DNA from: Octopus bimaculoides
Lineage: Eukaryota
DNA length: 40,706 nucleotides
Assembly (NCBI RefSeq): GCF_001194135.2
Contig: NC_068993.1
Coordinates: 3,341,850 to 3,382,555 of the forward strand
Reading direction: 5' to 3'
A program made the translations under genes and the position numbers. A model generated the notes under the pieces. That model was not told the DNA's origin, ran no database searches, and saw only the letters and a list, made by a program, of their open reading frames with translations. Position 1 is the stretch's first letter. Each line of letters opens with the position of its first letter. Positions 1-11,300 of the stretch are shown piece by piece.

Positions 1-207
1 TAACTCCCTTGGCAAACAGGACACAGTCGTGTGTCGATAAGCCAGCTGGAGGAGATGTCCTCCTGGGGCTAAAAGCAACAGTAACATCCACCCCTAGGGG
101 TCAGCCACACTTAAGTGGCAATATACTACACTTTATCGTGCAGTTACTGTTAATACTTCATTTAGAGAATTAACATTGCTTATATATATATATATATACA
201 CACATAA

Positions 208-597
208 GCACAGGAGTGACTGTGTGGTAAGTAGCTTGCTTCCCAACCACATGATTCCAGGTTCAGTCCCACTGCATGGCACCTGGGATAAATGTCTTCT
301 ACTATAGCCTCACGCTGACCAAAGCCTTGTGACGGAAACTTTGGTAGACGGAAACTGAAAGATGCCTGTCGTGTATAAATGCATAAATTGCTTGTACACT
401 ATTTTATATGAAAATATCTTATCTATTGACTTTATTATGCATGCTGGCCACCAGTATGAAAATTTCTCTAAATTTTCTAACCTTATATATATATATATAT
501 ATATGCATATGTTTGTGTGTCTGTATTTGTCCCCCTATCATTGCTTGACAACCAATGTTGGTGTGTCTAAGACCCCGGAACTTAGCAGTTTGGCAAA
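208..597 (+). mobile_element. tRNA-derived SINE, family A (head 208-377, AT-rich/(TA)n interruption, body 503-597, 3'-truncated)
   Basis: Pol III-like box A (GTGACTGTGTGGTAAG) and box B (GGTTCAGTCCC). The head recurs at 31810-31920 and, degraded, on - at 39025-39140. The body (TTTGTCCCC...TTGACAACC...CTTAGC) matches the - copy at 28372-28585. Confidence 0.8.
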
Positions 598-599
598 CC

Positions 600-790
600 A
601 TATCTTCTGATCATCTCTTACTTTGTCCTGGTCAGAGATGGCCAGAATTGGGCGTCTTCTCCAAAGATTCACGAGTGTAGATGGCTGCCTCAATATAACA
701 CAGAATGAGTACAGTAGCAGATTTATTTTATTACACATGGTTTTCGATCTACTGAACGAAGTCGTTGGAATAATGACAATGCTTTACCAT
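600..790 (-). mobile_element. Degraded RTE-clade LINE fragment (post-RT region)
   Basis: Minus translation LWRRRPILAISDQDKVRDDQ resembles the RTE motif CLRRILxIxWQDKVxNxE. It abuts the truncation point of the SINE. Confidence 0.45.
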
Positions 791-840
791 GTATATCGTA
801 CACACATAAAGTCATGCACGCGCACACACACACACGTGCG

Positions 841-881
<41 letters not shown>

Positions 882-1158
882 AAGTCTGTTTGCCAACGCA
901 ACGTGGCAGTCCTACGTATGATGATATTACTACTCTTTAACCCCAGGAAACATCTTTTCCAACTGGCTACCGACACACATGATATGTGTGTCTGTCTATC
1001 TGTCAGTCTGTGTATGNNNNNNNNNNNNNNNNNNNNNNNNNNNNNNNNNNNNNNNNNNNNNNNNNNNNNNNNNNNNNNNNNNNNNNNNNNNNNNNNNNNN
1101 NNNNNNNNNNNNNNNNNNNNNNNNNNNNNNNNNNNNNNNNNNNNNNNNNNNNNNNNNN

Positions 1159-1193
<35 letters not shown>

Positions 1194-2145
1194 CATATCT
1201 CATTAATCTACTAACTTCAAGGAAAGCTATGTACTGAGTTGCTCTCATCAGTGTAACTCCCGTAAACTTATTGATCTCATCAATCAATCTTGTGTTCTGC
1301 CTACACTGATTGCATTAACATGTTCCATCTGTGCTCATCTTTGTATACATCCTGAGGCCATACAGTCTACCTGTCTCTAGTGTCTATCCTTGTAATAGAG
1401 CGCGTCCTACAAATCCGGTTTTTGTAGGAGATAAGCTGTGCATGTGCAGCAGACACATTTTGATACCTCAAGATTCAGAGTATGAGAATTCAGAAACACA
1501 CATACACACACACACACACTCACATCACTGTCATATGAATAGAGAAAAGAAAAATGATAAAACAATAGAAAAGAACGTGAAGCACAAAATGCATTTCTAG
1601 TTCAGGCTGAATCTAGTTTCTAACATGACGTATTGGATCACAGCCATAGATGAGATCATTTGTTGTATGCCTAAAGATCTGCTGCAGACAAAATCTAGCG
1701 AGAAGCAATGCGCAAAGAAAACCACGAAACTGGCGTCTCCAAGAGGTAGATATAACATATATGGCATGTGATGCATGTAGCTAAGCAAGTTAGATTATGA
1801 TGCAGGTGAAAATTTTTTAAATAAAATTGATTTAAAGAAAGATTGAAGTACAATCCCTCATTTCGATATCACAGATAATATATAAATGAGTTTATGAATG
1901 CATATATGAGAGCCATTGTGCGAGACATTTAAATAAGATTTGCATTGTAAACTGAACACACAGAGAGAAACTGGAATGGAATGTATACAAGCATGCACGA
2001 GGGTATTAATTATAGCTATTCATATATCTATATTGGAAATGGATTATATGTACGCTCATACATACACGTGCACATGAATGCAAACCTATACGTGAACACA
2101 CACATGTATGTTATGTGAATATATATGTGTGTGTGTGTGTATGTA

Positions 2146-2191
<46 letters not shown>

Positions 2192-2247
2192 TATATATAC
2201 GCACACACATATATATATGTATATATCTGTCTACATGTTTATTAATC

Positions 2248-2297
<50 letters not shown>

Positions 2298-2443
2298 AAA
2301 ACATAAATACATACTTTTCCCAATAAATATATTATTTAAAAGGTCTCTAAAGAATGAATTGAATGGAATGTTTCACTTGAAAGACAGTATTCATGAATAA
2401 ACAATATACATACATGCACACTTCAACTCTTGGTATATAGATC

Positions 2444-2555
<112 letters not shown>

Positions 2556-2972
2556 TGTTGTATGTATGTATAACCACGACAGATAGATAGAGACACAGAT
2601 AGATATACCAACATGTATGTATCTTTCTATGTATTTGTATGAATGAATGTATGAAGTTGGTATGTGCTGAGTTACACAATACATGTATATTTTTGTATAC
2701 GTAAGAATTATTACGAAGAAATGTTTTGTAGAATTACTAGAAACGATGGCATCATAGTGTCTAGGTTTTTGGATGACATGTATCTCAGTTAATTATAAAT
2801 GAAATGTTGGAGCTGTAGGATTCAGTGTGTGTGAATATTTTGTGTAAATATTAATAAATACAGGGGTGCAATAATGTTTTCTCTAGTTAAAGCTCAAGTT
2901 CTCTCTTTGTAGCTACGTAACCATGTACTCGCTCCCACAGCAAGGTACCTTGTTAAGGGAAATTTGGTTGCT

Positions 2973-3008
<36 letters not shown>

Positions 3009-3261
3009 TGCAGCATGGAGGGTGTTTGTAGACCATTTGAGGGCGCACAGGGCCGTTAGATTCACTTCAGCATTTAAATTGCAGCACAGAATTTTGTCAG
3101 TATCACGGTATCAAAGTGACGAAAATATTTTGGCAAACTAAATTTAAATGTTGAAGAGTCTAACGGTTTTTGTGTGTTTTTGAATGGCTTATAGACACCT
3201 TCCTTGCTGCAATCGTTTATCATGATATATTATTATAATTATTGTGTGTGTGTGTGTGTGT

Positions 3262-3844
3262 ATCGAAATCGAACCGAATCCAACAACTGGCACCCATGCC
3301 AACCTCTCCTTCATTGGAAATTAAACTCTGCTTGCGAAGACCTGTTTGGGGCAAGTGAAATCGTAATTGAACCATACTCGATGACTGGTTATCACGCCAT
3401 TGGAGCACTAACAGCACTGTTGAGCGTGTTCATTGCCAGAGCAGCTGTCTGGCTTCCATGCTAGTGGCCCGTAAATAGCACCATTTGAGCGTAACCGTTA
3501 CCAGCGTTGCCTTCCTGGCACTTGTGCTGGTGGCACGATAGAAAATCATTCGAGCGAGGTCGTTGCCAGTGCCGCTGGACTGGCTCCCGTGCAGGTGGCA
3601 AGTAAAAAACACCTTTTTGAGCGTGGCCGTTGCCAGTACCATGTGACTGGCCTTCGTGCATGTGGCACGTAAAAGCACCCACTACACTCTCGGAGTGGTT
3701 GTCGTTAGGAAGGGCATCCAGCTGTAGAAATTCTGTCAGATCAGATTGGGGCCTGGTGCAGCCTTCTGGTTTGCCAGTCCTCAGTCAAATCGTCCAACCC
3801 ATGCTAGCATGGAAAGCGAACTTTAAACGATGATGATGATGATG
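3262..3844 (+). mobile_element. Composite SINE-like retroposon 3' part: ~4 internal ~66-bp tandem units plus an RTE-type tail ending in (GAT)n
   Basis: Degenerate units GTAAA..CACC.TTTGAGCG...GTTGCCAG...CTGGC...GTGC.GGTGGCAC at ~3400-3670. The tail contains GTTAGGAAGGGCATCCAGCTGTAGAAA and AACCCATGCTAGCATGGAAAGCG..TTAAACGATGATGATG, like RTE 3' UTRs. GC-rich against the flanks. Confidence 0.75.
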
Positions 3845-4475
3845 TTGAGAATTCTTTAATGAATAATTTTTGCCCATTTTGGAACAAATTTTTTAAAAAG
3901 TAATTTTGAAAATANNNNNNNNNNNNNNNNNNNNNNNNNNNNNNNNNNNNNNNNNATATATATATATATATATATATATATAGATATAGATATATATACA
4001 CACACACACAGCTATTCGTATTCAAATGTACTGAAATATGTGTGTGTGTATATACAAGTGTTGCTTTATATCTTACTGTTTATGTGTGCAAGTATTATTT
4101 ATGGGCATGCTTATATGTAATTGTATGTGTGTGCATCCGAAACAGCTTACTGTCAGCAATAATATGTTTCCTTTTTGCCGAGATCGGCGGCGGCATTTTT
4201 TCAAAGGACTTATTGAAAATATATTCAACTGAACTGATTCTTATTAGATTAAAAAGCAAATGGCTGTGTTATTGGTCACGTTTTATGGTGGAATACAGGA
4301 TGTCCCAGACCCAAATATACTTGTGGATGCTTCAAGGAGAAAAGGAAATGAAAAACAGCTAACATACAATATAGAAATAAAAGAAATTTATTTTAGTAGA
4401 ATGCACATATACACTTAACACACATCGTATATAATTACAATGCATACAAACATTTATACATTTATACACAAGCAG

Positions 4476-4541
<66 letters not shown>

Positions 4542-5242
4542 TATAAAGAAAGATTGATAAATCGATAGATGTATGTATACACACACACACACACACACGG
4601 ACACACCTATAATTACATATAGCCATACACTCACAAACATACCCTTACACGCAAAGATGTATCTAGAATGGAAACTCATCAAAGGCATCTGTATCTGCAA
4701 CAAGGTATCGTCCAACGGTGTAACAGCCAGTTTATAAGGAAGTGAAAATAATTTATGATTTCTGTGAAGCTCGGAGGCATAACTGTCCCATTAAAAACAG
4801 AAACGTAATACGAAATAATACATATAAATATAAAAAGCAACAAATTTATTCTTAATGTTTAAATAAATAAACATCTAAACAACGTCAGAAAGATCATCAT
4901 CATCGTCATCGTTGCCGTCGCCTTCGCCTTGTATACAAAAACAGTTTGTAGTGAAATATACGAAGTAAATATCAAACAATCAGATAAATCTGTAGATTTC
5001 AGCAGAAATATAATTTAGTTTAGTTAATATTTCTAGCTGGAAGTAATTATATTGAATAAAATTTATTATTGAAAGTTAGGTGCAATTCTACAACCAAAAC
5101 AACAACAAGCTATGATATTCTTCCTCGGAAGAGGTACAATTGCACGAAACATTATAGTTTTCATTCTCAAAACGAACAAATAAATCTCAATTTTATATAT
5201 TTTCTCTATGGTAATGATGATGATGATGATGATGATGATGAT

Positions 5243-5585
5243 AGCCCTGGTGACAACAGGATCAATGTGAAGGAGGAAGAAAAAATAATCAACTATGTCG
5301 ATTTAAAGTTGAAAATAAGAAGGTTGGGGTCATTGAAGAGAGTAAACGTGATACCAATAGTAATTGGTGCACTTGGAAGTATCAGCACTCAACTACCAAC
5401 ATGGCTGAAAAAGATTGGTGCAAGTGTGAAGGTAGAACACCTACAAAAATCAGCATTGATTGGAACTGCAAGAATTCTTAACAGGGTTCTTGAAGCATGA
5501 CCAGTAAACAAGTGTCACCTTCGTCTGCTGGCTGTGGACAGCTGACACTTTCCACCATACCCAGCAAAATAAACTGTGAGTTGAC
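5243..5585 (+). mobile_element. 5'-truncated R4/Dong-clade non-LTR retrotransposon: C-terminal restriction-like endonuclease (RLE) domain plus 3' UTR
   Basis: Open frame PGDNRINVKEEEKIINYVDLKLKIRRLGSLKRVNVIPIVIGALGSISTQLPTWLKKIG...LQKSALIGTARILNRVLEA* (stop 5498-5500). It matches the RLE pattern PxDxxxxxKExEKxxKYxDL...PIVIGALG...LQKSALLGTARIL. AATAAA lies near 5568. Confidence 0.9.
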
Positions 5586-5638
5586 AGTATAAATATGTTA
5601 GCATGTGTAGATGTAAGTTTATGCAGAATGTTAGTGTT

Positions 5639-5673
<35 letters not shown>

Positions 5674-5809
5674 ATGAATATAAAAGTAGTGAGAGCACTG
5701 AAAGAGAGTAAGATTAAATATAGATGTATACCTTAAATACTGCGGGCATTATCTGCAAACTCAAGAAAAACAAACAAAAAAGATAAAAATCCCAAAGAAA
5801 TCTTACTTA

Positions 5810-7460
5810 AGAAACATGAAGAGTTTTAGAAGATAAAGCGATAAACGTACTCTGGATATTTCTAATCCTCCGTCCTAACTGTGATGTAGTTAAAGCATAG
5901 CTATGACACATAGACGAAGGAAGAGGCTTAAGGCAAGCAGCAATTGATAACAATATAAAGTCTTGTTTATAAGAATATTTAGAAACGAGCAAAAGACAGA
6001 CAGAAGGTAAAATTAAAAACAAAAATTATAAAGTCCAAGCTTAAGATAATTAGTTGCGTAAATATTTACATAATGTAATGAGCAAAACAATTCCATTATT
6101 CCACAATACTCTTATCAAATTCACCGATTTATTTCAGTGTCGTCTATCGTGTCATTGTCCGTTACTCTCAAATATTTTCAGTGTGCTGTTAGATCTAATT
6201 TGTAATTTCATTGTCTAAATCTAAATTATTGACTAAGTTTTATTTAATTAACTTTTCTTATTGAGTAGATTTAGCGCATTTATTTAATTATAGCCATCTT
6301 GATAAGAGAGTAGAATTTATGAACAACGTTTTTAGTCAGTTTTCCGGTTGGCTATTGTCCCTTTTACATGCGTGCAGAAGAGTTGTTTAATAATGTCTCC
6401 TTATCATATGTAACCATTGGTAGTTTGATGCAACAGAATTGTAGCAAGGCAGTAGTGTCGATAAGGAATCTGCCTAAAAAATGTCTTTTCAGATAACGGT
6501 ATGTCTTTTTTTTAATATTATTTTCTCCTTAACTTGCGCAGCTATTGATGTTTCCCGTTTTGACACGGCTTGTTTGATATATTGCCTTTAGTATAGGTAG
6601 TTATTTATGTACAACGTCTTCAATACGCTAGAGCCCGGCATGCTACTGCCGTAGGCGTTTTTTAAGCAATTCATGTGATGTTTAGATGCTTAGACAATTT
6701 TTCCTGACTTTAATAATTGCTGCGTTTAGTAATATCTCTACTTTATATAACCGTAGCCTTTTCTGTTCTTTCATAAGATATTATTATCTTCCATATAAAC
6801 AGCCAGCCTGATGGGAAGTAAAGATGTTGGGTTTGGCAAAATGGTTATCAGTCTGTAGGTTTTTCTGCTCTTTATTGATTTCGCTTCTCTGAATTAATAC
6901 TGCGTACCCGGATAGTAAAAATAAAAAGACATCTGTTGATATTGGTCATATTAGTCATTCATGGAATAGTGTTGCAATAAGTTCATGTAAACTGGTTAAG
7001 ATTTTTATTTAGTTAGAATTTTGAGAGTTTATCAGTTACGTTAGAATTGCATTTACTAACGATCTTTGAAAGAATGTTTAAATTACCTACTAGTTATTCA
7101 CAGTCATGTTCGCACTGTTATTGTCTTTTCCTTTACCACTATTTTCGCAATCTTTATTTTATGTTATTTCATTTCCTTATATTCTCACAATATGGCTGGA
7201 TTTATATGTAATTTAGTTGTGACTTCTATTACGATGTTGTTTGTTTTATTATTGATATCATGGTAGAATTGCTTTGTATTGGATCTTAATACCTGATTCT
7301 GATATAAGAACTCTTCTTGTTTCTCAGTAATATCCAGCATTTCTTGGCTACAATCAATTGTTTTATCTCTCCCTTACACACAGTTTCTCATTCGTTGCCT
7401 TAAGTATCTTCCATTCGTTTCCCTTTATTTCCCATACTAGTTTCTTCCCTTTTTATTCGA
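5810..7460 (-). mobile_element. Heavily decayed R4/Dong-clade reverse-transcriptase region (fossil LINE)
   Basis: Ordered minus-strand motifs across stops and frameshifts: YQNQVLRSNTKQFYHDIN (~7300-7250), ILTSLHELIA (~7000), YRLITILP (~6860-6835), EQK..ILLNAAII, IT*I/KNAYGS (~6680-6640), IF*ADSLSTLL (=IFQGDSLSPLL, ~6490-6450), NKCAK (~6280), KYLRV (~6170), SQLGR/GL (~5880). Order and spacing fit an R4 RT. Confidence 0.8.
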
Positions 7461-8658
7461 TTCTATAAAATATGCTTTTCTCCTTTTTCTTGATCTACTC
7501 TATTTGGCCTTCTTTCCACTGGCTGACATTGAATGACTCAATTAGGGTCGAATGCAGTTACTCACGACACTGTCATGAATACCGAGCAAATTAGATTATT
7601 TAGCGTTTCGGGTTGCTCCCGTGTAAACAATTATTTGGAGGCCCGGATTGTATTTGGCTATAATTTCCTGCTGGTTTTCGTTTATTCCTAGCTTCTCTGG
7701 TTAAAAGTTCATTGATTTGGTTACATACTTATTCTTTTATATTTCTTTTCCTTTAGAGTAACTTCATTTTGGAATGTGGCCAGGCTTGTGTACCACCTTC
7801 AAGTGGTTTTATTCAGCTATTCCAGGCTCATTACCTATTTGTAATTCTTGTATTGATATATAGTTTACCAAATATATAAGATATATAAACATTACGGATC
7901 CACATGATCTGCTATAAATAGCAGTCAAATCCTGTCTCACACCGTGTCTTCTTAAAATCAAACACGTACATTACAAGTGCAATCTGTGAGTGGAACAGTA
8001 AAAATATGCAAGACTTTTCTCAAGTTCCAAATGTGAATTTGTCTGTCTTAACTAAATCTCGAAGATGGAGCCTTGTATCTTTGTTGAAACCCAATTCCTT
8101 CTTCAGTAGCAGATTTATAATAAAAAAAAAAAAAGATGAGACATACACACACACACATATATGCATACATACATGCATACACACATACATATATCTTTAG
8201 AAGTAATGTAATATATGAAATCAGCAATCCTTGGGATTAAAACTGTAAGCTCCTCTACGTAGTAATCAATTACAAATTCGTGTAATGTGTAAAGTGTCCA
8301 TGTAACAGAAAAATGAGAAAATATAAAGTATTAATTCAGCAGTGAAGATAGATTACATGAGGTTAAATATATCTATGTTCACCTCTCACGTGTCCTGACT
8401 TTATGCTACATAAGTAGGCTTGCTGATTCAAACAGAAAAATAGAACTAAAAACCACGAGTATGCATATATGTTGATTATTAATTATCAGAAGGGCAGAGT
8501 GACTCAGGAACTGATAGTTTCGTCTATTTACACTTATTCAGTATGTATGCGAATAGGTGTGTGTTTGCTTGTGTATGTATGTGTGTGTACATATATAAAT
8601 GCTAGGTAACGACCAGGTACTGAGTATATGAGAACATCTTGCACTCGTTTCTACTTAC

Positions 8659-8741
8659 GTTTTAAAATGTACAACCAACCTGTCATAAGCATTCCCCATA
8701 AAGTAGATATACATGGAGAATCCACCCCACCCCAGGGACGG
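8659..8741 (-). CDS. Candidate 83-bp internal exon (unverified)
   Basis: Acceptor TTCTTTGTTAAATTATCAG, donor AAC|GTAAGT. Two frames are open (RPWGGVDSPCISTLWGMLMTGWLYILK or PSLGWGGFSMYIYFMGNAYDRLVVHFK). No homolog recognised. Confidence 0.22.
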
Positions 8742-9523
8742 CTGATAATTTAACAAAGAAAGCAATTTCACAAATTCCCAGGGAAACACAATGACTTCCG
8801 TATCTATAGAAATCTGTATGTGCTCTGACAATTGAAGTAATAATGCATTGGTGGATCTGTCTCATAAACGGCCACAACAAATGATCAAACGTCTGTTTGT
8901 GCGCTTGTAAATATTTCAAGCATTCATTTGTGTTGGAATAAAAAGAGGAGGTAAAAATTGCTAGCACATCAAATTATATAATAAAGTACACTTGCACAAC
9001 AAAAGTGAGCCCTCTCTCAAAGTATGAACTAATTAATACAAGCAAAAACCAAGAAGCAAGACTGTCTGTGACAACAATTTTTACAGAATATATATACATG
9101 ATTATCCTCTCCCATATACATGTAAAATACATACATCCATATATTATAGATATCATAGGACAGCCGTTAAAAAGTCAAAGTGCTGAGTGCTTGTCTGACG
9201 TGGCAGCTTGAGAAATCAATTCGGTCAAATAACTATAAATTCCACAGACAAAACATTTATGGGTCGGTTTAACCAACTAAATGTTTAAAAGTGGTGCCCC
9301 GACATGATTGCAGCTCCAGTACCTGAAAATAATGTTTGAATAAAATTCTTTTATTCGACACATTGTCCTCTGAATTCTAATCCTTTGAAGCTTGGCTTTG
9401 TAATTTATCCTTCCAGGATCGATAAGATAAAGTTCCCATCATGTTATGCGGGTTGATATAATATAAAGTACCCGTCTCACAAGATCTGATATAAAATAAA
9501 TATTATCAATATTATTACTTTTT

Positions 9524-9740
9524 GGCCAGCTGGCAGAATCGTCAGCACACCGAATAACATGCTTAGTGGTATTTCGTCGGTTTTAACGTTCTGAGTTCAA
9601 ATTATGCCGAAGTCGACTTTAACTTTCAACCTTTTGGGGGGTCAATAAAATAAGTACCAATTGAGCACTGGGTTCGATGTACTCGACTTAAGCCCTCCTC
9701 TGAAATTGCTGGCCTTGTGCCAAAATTTGAATCAAATATT
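9524..9740 (+). mobile_element. tRNA-derived SINE, family B
   Basis: Box A AGCTGGCAGAATCG and box B GAGTTCAAAT, followed by a central domain CTTTCAACCTTTTGGGGGGTCAATAAAATAAGTACCA and tail AAATTGCTGGCCTTGTGCCAAAATTTGAA. At least 8 copies in the window. Confidence 0.85.
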
Positions 9741-9758
9741 ATTACTTTTGTCATAACT

Positions 9759-9938
9759 GCGAGCTGGCAGAATGGTTAGCACGTTGGGCAAAATGTTGGG
9801 CAGCATTTTGTCAGTCTTACATTCAGAGTTCAAATTCTGCTGAGGTTGACAAAATAAGTACCAGCTGATCACTGGTAATCGACTTACCCACTCCCTGGAA
9901 ATTGCTGGCTTTGTGCCAATGTTTGAAATCAATATTAT
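9759..9938 (+). mobile_element. tRNA-derived SINE, family B (internally deleted copy, tandem to the previous one)
   Basis: GCGAGCTGGCAGAATGGTTAGCAC head and GAGTTCAAATTC box B. About 25 bp of the central domain is missing; same tail as 9524-9740. Confidence 0.85.
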
Positions 9939-11180
9939 AAGTTTTACGTTTGTATTTCTTGTTTCCCATAAATAAACTACAGCCATAAATAACACTTTTT
10001 AAAACAATTATGACACATTAACAATAATAACAACAATAATAAATTATAAATTACTGATAACCATAGGAAGTGAGAGAAACTCTTTAGTGGTTATATTTTT
10101 TATTTTTATTTTACCTTCTCCGTGAACATAAATTGAAATATTGTCAACTTATAAATCTTCCATTTCCGCCATTGACAGATATTACCGTTTGAGATGGATT
10201 ATCACAGCTTAAAGATAATATTCTCTTTAGAATTGACTTAACGGGATTAGCAAACCCCTGCCGCCCCCAACTGAATTCAAAGACTATTTTCCCTCAAACA
10301 TGCAAAAAGTCACATTAATAATAATAAATAAATAACCAGATAAATAAATAAAATAAAGTAAAAGCAAATGTAACGAAAGTGAAAGCGGCACAAAAATAAT
10401 CTTTGCGATAATTTGTGTTGTTCTGCAGCAAAACGTTAAAATTATTTCAAATGTAAAATCTTAGATCATAAATAACGAGTGTTTGTCAGAACGAGGCTCT
10501 TTTTTTTTTCCTTCTGTGTTGCTAACAAATAATTCTACTCATGAAAGACATCTGCATTTCTAAAGCTATCATATTTTTTTGTTGTTATATTATCAAGTAA
10601 CAAAAGGGAAGCAACATCGAAATATTATGTTTGGTAGAAATACACATTATTGGATGTATTAACACCTTGTTTTTGTAATTATTTAGCCTCAGGTCTACTC
10701 TGGTTGAGGAAATCCATAATCAAAACTGCTTCAAACATGACCATTTCGCTGATTGCCTTTGTCAACTCCAGACTATCTTATACGATGTGATCATTGCTCA
10801 GGTAACAGATTTTGAGGTTTTTGAAAGATTCGGCTCTCAGTTATTGGCAGTCTACTGTTCATGCTTACCTGATTTTTCTTGTTGGGGGGTGGTTTGTGAT
10901 GTTGGGGGTAGCGATGCTTACTTCCATAAACAAATTCTGATATCTTTGAAAATGGCATCACTATCCCACCACTAAATTTGCCCACCTTTGAAGTAAGCAT
11001 AAGCATTTGTAAAGATTTTAACGGTATTGTGCTAGAGTAAATTTATCAGAGAAGCAGGTCACTGTTCTTGGACATTCTGTTCATAGTGCAAGGGCAATTG
11101 GCTCAGTCAGCTCATACTCTGGCACATGGTTCTCAAAATGTTTTTATTTTTACCTCGATTGCCTCTACTATGGATCTCTT

Positions 11181-11300
11181 CAATTCCAACGAAGGAGCCT
11201 TGCATCTAGGTTAGAAACCGAATCTTTCTCTATTGGTAAGAAATCTTGAAATAAAACTGAGTAATTACACACACGTACATGCGTGCTTGCATACATACAC
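11181..11300 (+). repeat. Dispersed repeat family D followed by CA/ACAT microsatellite
   Basis: AATTCCAACGAAGGAGCCTTGCATCTAGG...AAATCTTGAAATAAAACTGA matches 38879-38929. Confidence 0.7.

Noticed and set aside
208-300. tRNA-like boxes at SINE heads, as tRNA genes
   Set aside because: No complete cloverleaf or terminator; each continues into a SINE body found in multiple copies.
1225-1262. Minus-strand CTGATGA followed by GAG-CAA-CTC (hammerhead core?)
   Set aside because: The required GAAA after stem II is absent (AGTA) and no stem I/III pairing is visible.
1405-1429. 9-bp inverted repeat TCCTACAAA...TTTGTAGGA
   Set aside because: Isolated short hairpin, expected by chance; bacterial terminator logic does not apply to this eukaryotic DNA.
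3400-3670. Regularly spaced repeats resembling a CRISPR array (also 35335-35430)
   Set aside because: They are degenerate tandem units without unique spacers, in eukaryotic context with no cas genes.
4151-4240. Minus-strand candidate exon EYIFNKSFEKMPPPISAKRKHIIAD with donor ACA|GTAAGC
   Set aside because: Acceptor ambiguous (several weak AGs) and no recognisable homology; not distinguishable from chance.
5069-5242. N-terminal 58 codons of the 143-aa ORF
   Set aside because: Flanking DNA and (GAT)9 are in frame by chance; retroelement homology starts only at ~5243. Not a host gene.
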